From: Candidatus Saccharimonadota bacterium
GTDB lineage: Bacteria > Patescibacteriota > Gracilibacteria > UBA1369 > 2-02-FULL-48-14
DNA length: 32,000 nt
Reading direction: 5' to 3'
NCBI GenBank assembly: GCA_016699145.1
Contig: CP064962.1
Span: 480,001-512,000, forward strand
Below are positions 1 through 7,448 of this stretch, one piece after another. Position 1 is the first letter of the stretch, and every line of letters starts with the position of its first letter. A model generated the notes under the pieces. That model was given only the letters and a program-made list of their open reading frames with translations, did no database searches and was not told the origin of the DNA. A program made the translations under genes and the position numbers.

Positions 1-1784
1 GTCCACGGACGAGGCCACGGTGAAAGCGATGCGCGCCGGAATATTGGCCTTAATCAGGCCCGTAATGACATCCACACTGGGGCGCTGCGTAGCCACAATG
101 AGGTGCATGCCCACGGCACGCGCCATCTGGGCAATGCGACAAATGGATGCTTCCACTTCCTTTTGAGCTTGCATCATGAGGTCCGCAAGTTCATCAATCA
201 CCACCACAATTTTCGGCATCTTTTCCGCTGTTTTTTTATCGGCATTATAGTCGGCAATATTGCGATGCCCGGCATCCGCACAAACCTTATAACGACGGTT
301 CATTTCCGCCACCGCCCAACGAAGCGCCGTCGCTGCCTTTTCTGGATCCGTGATCACCGGAGTGAGCAAGTGCGGCAAGCCATTGTAAGTGGACAGTTCC
401 ACTTGCTTGGGGTCGATCATAATGAACTTGAGTTCACGAGGCGAGTTGTTGTACAAAAGCGCCAGCAAAAAACTATTGAGCCCCACGGATTTACCCGATC
501 CCGTCGCTCCAGCAATAAGCAAATGTGGCATTTTAGACAAATCTGCCACCATAGATTTCCCAGAAACGTCGCGTCCCAAGGCAATTTTCAACTTCGATTT
601 TTCATTCGCGTAGTCCGGCGTTTCCATCATTTCACGCAAATGCACAGTGGCCCGAGAAGAGCTGGGAATTTCGATTCCCACCAACGATTTCCCGGGAATC
701 GGTGCTTCAATACGAACCGCAGGTGCCGCCAAAGCAAGCGCAATATCATTCTTTAAGGATGTGATTTTTGAAAGCTTCACTCCATCCGCAGGCTTCAAGG
801 TGTATTGCACCACGGTGGGCCCCACATGCACCTCTTGCATGCTGACATTGATACCAAACTGCTCCAACTTGGTCTTAATAAGATCGGCCTTGCGCTTCAA
901 ATCGCTTTGATTCACCTCATAACTTTCCTTGCTGCCTTCCAATAAATCTAGGGGAGGATAAGCCCATTCCCCCATTTCTTCTTCATTGGTCACAACCTGA
1001 TCCACCATCACCACTTCCCCCTCGGGCACGGTTTCCTTTTTAGGATGAAATTCTGCTTCCTCTTCGCCTGCATCCTTCTGTTTGGCAATGCGAGCCTCCA
1101 CTTCTTTCATATTCACCTGGCGCAAAGTCAAGGCGTGACTTTCATCGCGAGCCGGTTCATCCAATTTAACAATTTTAATCTCATCTTCATCCTCCGCACG
1201 ATCGATGGTCACGAGTTCAGGCGTGGCCACTTCAATCACTTTTTTCATCATTTTTTTAGAAGGAGTGACGGCGCGCAACAAATCCCCAAGACTCACTTGC
1301 ACTGAAAGCAGCAAACCGACTAAAAAAGTAGCCGCCAACAAAACGTGGGCCCCCACTCGTCCAAAAGCCGCGGTCAAAATAAAACTAGAAACAAAGCCGA
1401 TGTAGCCTCCCGCTTCCCTTTTTGAGCCGCTTCCAATAAATCCGCTTCAGGAACGCTCATGTGTACAAAGCCCAAAAGCGCCGAAGCCAGCAGAAAAATC
1501 CCGGTCATGCGAGCCAGCCCCCATTGAATTTTTTTAGAAAGGAAGACCGAAGCTCCCATAAAAAGCAGAACAAAGGGCACGCTGGACATGCCCACTCCAA
1601 ACACCGGCTTTAAAAAAGACACCCAAAGCTCACCCAAAAAACCAAGTTGTTGATTGAGAGAAAGCCAAGTCAAAGCCGCAAGCGAAAGATAAATCACTGC
1701 CCAAATTTCGCGCATGATGTGACTTTCCACCTCAAATGTAAGCTTTGAATCGTTTTTTCGAGAACCTTTGCGTCGTTTTGCCAT
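1..1784 (-). CDS. ftsK: DNA translocase FtsK/SpoIIIE (C-terminus runs off window; reading frame broken once, so possibly a pseudogene or an assembly indel)
   Basis: Minus-strand translation of 1..~1440 reads ...MPHLLIAGATGSGKSV (Walker A)...IVVVIDELADLMM...ATQRPSVDVITGLIKANIPARIAF. Track ORF 1374..1811 supplies the multi-TM N-terminus (likely start MAKRRKG at 1784). The two parts lie in different frames. Confidence 0.85.
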
Positions 1785-1914
1785 AAAACGTGGTGAGCAT
1801 AGCAAAATCACAGCCGCATGCCAATCCTCGTATTATAGAATGATTTAGGGTAGAGCTTTTTTTGACGCATCTCTCATTTCCTGCTTCACTGAATCCAGCT
1901 TTTAATCCTCTTTT

Positions 1915-2190
1915 ATGTCACTCAAGGAAGACTTTAAAGCCGCCTACGCAAAAGAACGTCAAAAGCAAAAAACCCTGCAAAGCGCTCCCGACTCCCCCGC
2001 AAAGCGCCGCACCAACCGCCTCGGAGCACTCGCCATGCTTTTCATAGCCTTGGTTTTCACGGGCATCAACTGTTACACATGGGAAGTCCATGGCTTCCTA
2101 AACAAATGGACTCTCACCATCATGCTTGCATTCCTCGGTCTAGGGCTCTACGCTCTCATCACTGGCAAAATGCCAACCCCTAAAAAATAG
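1915..2190 (+). CDS. hypothetical small membrane protein (two predicted TM helices)
   Basis: 91-aa ORF ending 3 nt before gltX. It has a basic N-terminus followed by two hydrophobic stretches (LGALAMLFIALVFTGI, LTIMLAFLGLGLYALI). Confidence 0.45.
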   Translation: MSLKEDFKAAYAKERQKQKTLQSAPDSPAKRRTNRLGALAMLFIALVFTGINCYTWEVHGFLNKWTLTIMLAFLGLGLYALITGKMPTPKK

Positions 2191-2192
2191 AT

Positions 2193-3638
2193 ATGCCCGT
2201 CGTCACTCGTTTCGCTCCTTCCCCCACCGGCTACCTGCACGTGGGCGGACTTCGCACCGCGCTCTACGCTTATCTTTTTGCCAAACAACACAACGGCAAA
2301 TTCATCCTGCGCATCGAAGACACCGATCAAAAGCGTTACGTAGAAGGCGCTGTGGAAAGCCTGCAAAACGCCCTTCGCTACTTCGACCTCAATTGGGATG
2401 AAGGCCCGATTTTTCAATCGCACCGCACTGAAATTTACCAAAAGCACGCCCAAGAACTGCTCGCAAATGGAAAAGCCTACCGCTGTTTCTGCACCCCCGA
2501 AGAACTCGAAAAAATGCGCGAGGAACAGAGCAAACTGAAAATCGCTCCCAAATACGACCGCCGTTGCTACGAACTGCCCACTGAAAAAGTCCAAGAAAAG
2601 ATGGCCGCCGGCGTACCCTTCGTTGTTCGCCAACTCATCCCCTATAAAGACATCGACTTCGTGGATCTGATTCGAGGAGACATGCACTTCCACGGCAAGG
2701 ACATCGACGATCAAGTACTCATCAAATCCGACGGTCTGCCCACCTACCACCTGGCCAACGTGGTGGACGACCACGAGATGGAAATCACCCATGTGATCCG
2801 CGGCGAAGAATGGCTGCCTTCCACCCCTAAACACCTCTGGCTTTACGAAGCTTTTGGATGGACACCGCCCCAGTACGCCCATCTTCCCCTCTTACTCAAC
2901 CCCGACCGTAGCAAGCTCAGTAAGCGCCAAGGAGACGTAGCCGCCGAAGACTTTGTAGCCAAAGGTTACCTCAAAGAAGCCATGATCAACTTCATCGCCT
3001 TCCTCGGCTGGAACCCCGGCACCGAAGAAGAAATTTTCAGCATGGACGACCTTGTGAAACGCTTCAGCCTGGACCGCGTGCAAAAGGCCGGCGCCGTTTT
3101 CAATCTGGAAAAACTCGATTGGCTCAATAGACACTACCTGCGCGCCAAAACTCCTGAAGAACTCGAAGCGCTCCTCCTCCCCCTGCTTGAAAAAGAGGAG
3201 TGGTACACGCCCGAGCTGCTCAGTGCCCTTGCACCCGAACAAAAAAAAGCCATTTTGACCTCTGTACAAACCCGCATGAAAACCCTCGTGGATGGCCCCG
3301 CCATGCTGAAGCCCTTCTTGCTCCCTGAGCTCAATTACAAACGCGAGCTCTTCTTCAGTGAAAAAATGAAAGTAGACGAACAAACCGTCAAACTTGCCCT
3401 GAAAAACGCCCTGCCAGCCCTGGAGGCACTCGACAACTACACCGACGAAGAAGCCATCAAAGCTGCCCTCGTGACCGTGATTGAAAAACTGGGCCTAAAA
3501 AATGGACAAGTGCTCTGGCCCCTACGCGTGGCCCTCACCAATGAAGAATATTCCCCCGGAGTCTTCGAACTCTGCCGCGTGATGGGCAAAGAACTCACCT
3601 TGAAGCGCCTCAAAGCTGCAGCTGCTTTTTTTCAATAA
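2193..3638 (+). CDS. gltX: glutamate--tRNA ligase
   Basis: N-terminus is VTRFAPSPTGYLHVGGLRTALYAY (HIGH-type motif). A KLSKR (KMSKS-type) motif is present, and length (481 aa) is typical. Confidence 0.95.
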   Translation: MPVVTRFAPSPTGYLHVGGLRTALYAYLFAKQHNGKFILRIEDTDQKRYVEGAVESLQNALRYFDLNWDEGPIFQSHRTEIYQKHAQELLANGKAYRCFCTPEELEKMREEQSKLKIAPKYDRRCYELPTEKVQEKMAAGVPFVVRQLIPYKDIDFVDLIRGDMHFHGKDIDDQVLIKSDGLPTYHLANVVDDHEMEITHVIRGEEWLPSTPKHLWLYEAFGWTPPQYAHLPLLLNPDRSKLSKRQGDVAAEDFVAKGYLKEAMINFIAFLGWNPGTEEEIFSMDDLVKRFSLDRVQKAGAVFNLEKLDWLNRHYLRAKTPEELEALLLPLLEKEEWYTPELLSALAPEQKKAILTSVQTRMKTLVDGPAMLKPFLLPELNYKRELFFSEKMKVDEQTVKLALKNALPALEALDNYTDEEAIKAALVTVIEKLGLKNGQVLWPLRVALTNEEYSPGVFELCRVMGKELTLKRLKAAAAFFQ

Positions 3639-3658
3639 AATTTTGGCTTGTAAAACTC

Positions 3659-3708
3659 GATCTGTAAACCCCTCCCCGGGGAGCAAATTTAACCTGCAAA
3701 AAGAGCGG
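3659..3708 (+). repeat. copy 1 of a 50-bp dispersed repeat (inverted partner at 19121-19170)
   Basis: GATCTGTAAACCCCTCCCCGGGGAGCAAATTTAACCTGCAAAAAGAGCGG matches the reverse complement of 19121-19170 at 43/50 positions with no gaps. It contains the 12-bp palindrome CTCCCCGGGGAG. Confidence 0.85.
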
Positions 3709-3734
3709 AGTTCAAATTCTACGCACCCAGCCCG

Positions 3735-3762
3735 TTGACAAACCTGTAGAAACAGGTATGAT
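3735..3762 (+). promoter_or_regulatory. sigma70-like promoter candidate
   Basis: TTGACA (3735-3740), 16-nt spacer, TATGAT (3757-3762), about 27 nt upstream of the 3789 ORF. Confidence 0.4.
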
Positions 3763-3788
3763 GAGATATAGCTTTAACCCAAAGCGCT

Positions 3789-4133
3789 ATGTCACACGAA
3801 GAAGAAGATAACATATCCCAAACGCTTGAGGGAAAATTCGCACAGAAAGTGCTCGAAGATAAAGCGGTTCAAGATATGACAGACATAGGCTTGCGTCTTC
3901 GCAACCGCGCAGAAACCCAGGGTACTCGCCAAGCCATCGCTCAAAAGCTTTTGGACGCAATGACTCCCGAAGCTCAGGCCCAGTTCATCAAAGACACGCA
4001 AGGTTTCGCGCACATGATAAAAGAAGGCGTGATGGGTCAATTCACTCTAGGATTACGGTCTCTATGGAAAGCTGCTGCCCCCAGTATTTTAAAAAGAAGA
4101 ATGGGTGGAACTGGAAACTTTCGACCCCGTTGA
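3789..4133 (+). CDS. hypothetical protein
   Basis: 114-aa ORF with coding-like composition downstream of the promoter candidate. No motif recognised. It overlaps the next ORF by 29 nt. Confidence 0.4.
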   Translation: MSHEEEDNISQTLEGKFAQKVLEDKAVQDMTDIGLRLRNRAETQGTRQAIAQKLLDAMTPEAQAQFIKDTQGFAHMIKEGVMGQFTLGLRSLWKAAAPSILKRRMGGTGNFRPR

Positions 4134-4482
4134 ACTTAAAACCTACATCGCACTCGGAGCTGTGGAAGTGGATGAAAGTGTGGCTCACCTGGTGGATGGC
4201 GAGATGAAGGACAGAGTCCAAATGCTCAAAGTGCTCAGTCTTGCTTGCACGTTCATTCCTGAAGCAGGGAAGGCCCTCCAAGAACTGATCGGCAGTCTAG
4301 CTCATCTCGCTGAAGTACCTGCAAAAATTTTGGAACACCGTTTGCCCCAAGTCCGCGAAGCCGTTCGCAATGGAGGAGTGGTCAACGCGGCCGCTCACAA
4401 AGAGCACAACGCCATTGCCAAGGGCTTAGACCCACTGTTAGAAGCCGCCAACGACAACGAAGGCCTTAGCATTGCAGCATAA
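4105..4482 (+). CDS. hypothetical protein (GTG start in track)
   Basis: 125-aa ORF that looks helical and acidic. No motif recognised. It may be the continuation of the 3789 ORF in another frame. Confidence 0.4.
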   Translation: MELETFDPVELKTYIALGAVEVDESVAHLVDGEMKDRVQMLKVLSLACTFIPEAGKALQELIGSLAHLAEVPAKILEHRLPQVREAVRNGGVVNAAAHKEHNAIAKGLDPLLEAANDNEGLSIAA

Positions 4483-4552
4483 ATCCACTCAAGAAACACT
4501 AGAAAAGCCGCTCCAATTCCTCTAAAATGAGCTCGCTTAAACAAGCGTACGA

Positions 4553-4891
4553 ATGAATTTTCACGACCTCAAAATCATCGTCAACAAGATCAAAAGAACC
4601 TTGAAATGCCCCAAATGCAGCGCAAAATACATCGATGAAGACATCGAACTCATTGGCAGCCTGGGGGACGAACAGATCTTCTTTCATGCCTGGTGCGCAG
4701 AATGCGAGGCTCAATCGGTGATCAATGTACAAATGGATCCTCAGAGTTTTTATGGGCCCTTGCCTGCCAAACTGGGCGCTGCCCCTCGAATGGGCCACGT
4801 GAGTGCCAACGAGGTTCTAGACATGCACAATTTCCTCAAAGGTTTCGACGGAGATTTCAATCGTATGTTCGATCAGGAATCCAAATCTTAA
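4553..4891 (+). CDS. hypothetical protein with a CxxC...CxxC zinc-ribbon-like pattern
   Basis: CPKCSAKY ... HAWCAEC gives four Cys in two CxxC pairs about 30 aa apart. Confidence 0.5.
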   Translation: MNFHDLKIIVNKIKRTLKCPKCSAKYIDEDIELIGSLGDEQIFFHAWCAECEAQSVINVQMDPQSFYGPLPAKLGAAPRMGHVSANEVLDMHNFLKGFDGDFNRMFDQESKS

Positions 4892-4916
4892 TCCCTCCTT
4901 TAAACTTCACCACGCT

Positions 4917-5153
4917 ATGAAAGCCCTTCTCGCCACTCTGCTCCTTGCCACTGTTCTTTGCGCCTGCAGCAAAATTGAAAGCGTCAAAAACGAAACCACC
5001 GAAGCCGTCGACAATCTACAAAACGAAGCCTTCGACTTCAAAAACGACCTAGATAAAACCGTGGACGAGGTGAACTCCGCCGTGGACTCTGTGGGTGACG
5101 CCGTCGATTCCGTAAACAAGGCCGTAAACGATGTGAAGGCCGTTACCCACTGA
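4917..5153 (+). CDS. small putative lipoprotein
   Basis: Signal peptide MKALLATLLLATVLCAC contains a lipobox-like L-C-A-C. The mature part is acidic with reiterated AVDS/VD motifs. Confidence 0.6.
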   Translation: MKALLATLLLATVLCACSKIESVKNETTEAVDNLQNEAFDFKNDLDKTVDEVNSAVDSVGDAVDSVNKAVNDVKAVTH

Positions 5154-5155
5154 AC

Positions 5156-6076
5156 ATGGACTTTTTAGCGACCCTTTACGCCCGGGCTCGCGAGCAAAAG
5201 AAGCGCATTGTTTTTGCCGAAGGCAACGATGCTCGCGTTTTAGAAGCAGCTGCCTTACTTGAAAAAGAAAGCCTTTGCACGCCCATCCTATTGAAAGACC
5301 CTACCGTTCAGCCCCAATTCGCCACCTACGTGAAGCGCTTTCAAGAAATTCGAGGAACTACGCTAGACGAAGCCACCGAAAAGATGAAAAACGCCCACTA
5401 CTTTGCCACGATGCTGCTGCACGAAGGGGAAGCCGACGGCATGATCGCCGGCCCCACAGCCGCTTCTCGCGAACGCATTTTACCCGCACTGGAACTCATC
5501 AAAACAAAAATAGAACATCACAAAGTTTCAGGAGCCATGCTCATGCTGCTGCCCGACACCGTGGATCCAGACGCCGCCAACGGAGGTAAATTGCTTTTTG
5601 CCGATTGCGCGGTGAACATCGAGCCCACCGTGGAAGTGCTGGCGCAAATCGCCATCGACACTGCAGAAACCGCTCAACTTCTGGGCATGGACCCCAAAAT
5701 CGCCCTGCTGTCTTTCTCAACCGCCGGTTCCACCGAACATCCCCTAGCTAAAAAGATGAAAGACGCTGCCCAGCTCATCCGCAGCCAACGCTCCGACCTC
5801 GGGGTGGAAGGCGAACTGCAAGTGGATGCCGCTCTTATGGACAAGGTAGCCGCCCTCAAAGATCCCGGCTCTTCTCTTGCAGGTCATGCCAATGTGCTGA
5901 TTTTCCCCGACCTGGAAGCGGGCAACATCGCCTACAAACTGGTCGAAAGGTTGGCCGGTGCCAAAGTGATCGGACCCATTTTACAAGGCCTTAAAAAGCC
6001 CATGAACGAAGTGTCGCGTGGTTGCTCCGTCGAAGACATTGTGAATTTGGCCACACTCACCGCAACCTTGGAGTGA
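5156..6076 (+). CDS. pta: phosphate acetyltransferase (short form)
   Basis: The 306-aa protein aligns by eye with Pta-type proteins (RIVFAEGNDARVLEAA..., ...ANVLIFPDLEAGNIAYKL..., ...GPILQGLKKPMNEVSRGCS). Confidence 0.9.
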   Translation: MDFLATLYARAREQKKRIVFAEGNDARVLEAAALLEKESLCTPILLKDPTVQPQFATYVKRFQEIRGTTLDEATEKMKNAHYFATMLLHEGEADGMIAGPTAASRERILPALELIKTKIEHHKVSGAMLMLLPDTVDPDAANGGKLLFADCAVNIEPTVEVLAQIAIDTAETAQLLGMDPKIALLSFSTAGSTEHPLAKKMKDAAQLIRSQRSDLGVEGELQVDAALMDKVAALKDPGSSLAGHANVLIFPDLEAGNIAYKLVERLAGAKVIGPILQGLKKPMNEVSRGCSVEDIVNLATLTATLE

Positions 6077-6121
6077 TTTTTATTGACAAAGAAATAATAA
6101 GGCGTAGTGTGAAGATTACTT

Positions 6122-6217
6122 ATGAAACTTCAAACTCAGCTCCTTCCTGAAAACTCCCAGACCCTGAGTTCGAACGTGCTCGGCCTCGCTATTGTGGTGA
6201 TTCTCATTCCTAACTAG
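6122..6217 (+). CDS. 31-aa ORF, candidate leader peptide or small hydrophobic peptide (not in ORF track)
   Basis: ATG 6122 to TAG 6215-6217 encodes MKLQTQLLPENSQTLSSNVLGLAIVVILIPN. It sits between a TTGACA box (6083-6088) and the terminator at 6245-6272. The call is speculative. Confidence 0.3.
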   Translation: MKLQTQLLPENSQTLSSNVLGLAIVVILIPN

Positions 6218-6244
6218 CAGGGCTTTTTAACACACTAAATAAGA

Positions 6245-6272
6245 CCCTGCATAAATTGCAGGGATTTTTTTT
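6245..6272 (+). terminator. rho-independent terminator
   Basis: CCCTGCA (6245-6251), loop TAAAT, TGCAGGG (6257-6263), A, then T8 (6265-6272). Confidence 0.7.
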
Positions 6273-6281
6273 GCAAAAACA

Positions 6282-7448
6282 ATGGACTCATTCAAACCAG
6301 AACAAGACCTGATAGTGATAGGTGGCGGCCCCAAGGGATTGGCCATGCACTGTGCTGCTCAAAGAAGCGGTTTAAACTCTCTACTTTTAGAAGTAGGGCG
6401 GCTCGGACAATCATGGGAAAAATCTCGTGTCTCTCCCACCCTACCCATCCGCCCACCCAATCTAGAAATCATTGGAGACGAAGCACAAGGATTCAAGGCA
6501 TACCTATCCTCTAGTGAAGCCCAAAAACTTCTTGCGAGCCACCCCATTCCTGAATCAGGACCGTGTGCTTTACATTTTCACGCTTATTTACAATGGTTGA
6601 AAGATAAGACCCCAAACATTCAAGAAGCCACTCCCTGTCAAAGACTTACAAAGAAAGAAGACTATTACCAAATCAATGGTGTTTGGAAAACAAGGAACGT
6701 GGTGGTTGCCACAGGACAGATTGGCTACGGAAAAGACGAATTTAGCTATGATGCAACACAAAAAGCCGACACAAAATTCGTGGCACACACTCCAGCACAC
6801 GTAAGAGATGAGGCAGGCTACCGTGAGTTTCTTGGAGCTGCAGAAGAAATTGCAATCGTGGGAGCCAATGCTGGAGCTTTAGGAGCACTATTTACACTGA
6901 ATGAAATCAATTTCACCGGCAAAGTACACCTCATTGGTCAATACAATGCCAAGGCAGAACTTCTTCAAGAATTACAGAGACAAGGTTGGGCTCTAGAAAA
7001 GCTACAAAACAGCTCCTTCTCTATTCAATACCACAATCATGGCAGTGTGGTGAATGCAGAAGTGGAAGCCAAACATGTCCTCTTGGATTTAATCAATCAC
7101 ACAAGACTCACCGTGGAGCGTTGTCTAGTAGCAACAGGCTATAGATTCGATGTGTCCAAAATTCCCTTCTTGCAAGAACTCATAAATACCGGCGCTCTTT
7201 TATTAAGCGACAACAAGCGTTATCCAAAATTGCAAAGTGATTTTTCGGCACAAAGCGAAGATGAACTCAGTGGTCTATTCTTCATGGGAACAGCGGCAGT
7301 GGCTGTAAACCCTCAGGAACGTTGGCTTGAGAGCACTAGGGAAACCGTAAATACTATCTTAAAAGCAATAGGTGAAAGGGCTTCTGATCACCAGCGTAGC
7401 ACCTTCACTTCCTCAGGATCATCCCCTGTTTCAGTGATGTATTTTTGA
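6282..7448 (+). CDS. FAD/NAD(P)-binding oxidoreductase (two dinucleotide-binding motifs; specific function unknown)
   Basis: DLIVIGGGPKGLAM (GxGxxG) is at the N-terminus. A second motif, IAIVGANAGALGA, lies mid-protein, and a C-terminal ...FFMGTAA motif is present. Confidence 0.6.
   Translation: MDSFKPEQDLIVIGGGPKGLAMHCAAQRSGLNSLLLEVGRLGQSWEKSRVSPTLPIRPPNLEIIGDEAQGFKAYLSSSEAQKLLASHPIPESGPCALHFHAYLQWLKDKTPNIQEATPCQRLTKKEDYYQINGVWKTRNVVVATGQIGYGKDEFSYDATQKADTKFVAHTPAHVRDEAGYREFLGAAEEIAIVGANAGALGALFTLNEINFTGKVHLIGQYNAKAELLQELQRQGWALEKLQNSSFSIQYHNHGSVVNAEVEAKHVLLDLINHTRLTVERCLVATGYRFDVSKIPFLQELINTGALLLSDNKRYPKLQSDFSAQSEDELSGLFFMGTAAVAVNPQERWLESTRETVNTILKAIGERASDHQRSTFTSSGSSPVSVMYF

Noticed and set aside
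103-756. 217-aa His/Arg-rich ORF on the + strand, plus the smaller + ORFs up to 1405
   Set aside because: They lie antisense to the well-supported ftsK motor domain. Their composition is biased and low-complexity, typical of shadow frames.
2148-3383. Minus-strand ORFs of 244, 163 and 66 aa
   Set aside because: They lie antisense to gltX, which has unambiguous class I synthetase motifs.
5275-5589. 104-aa Arg-rich ORF in an alternative frame of pta
   Set aside because: It is an off-frame product of a GC-rich coding region; the pta frame is clearly the real one.
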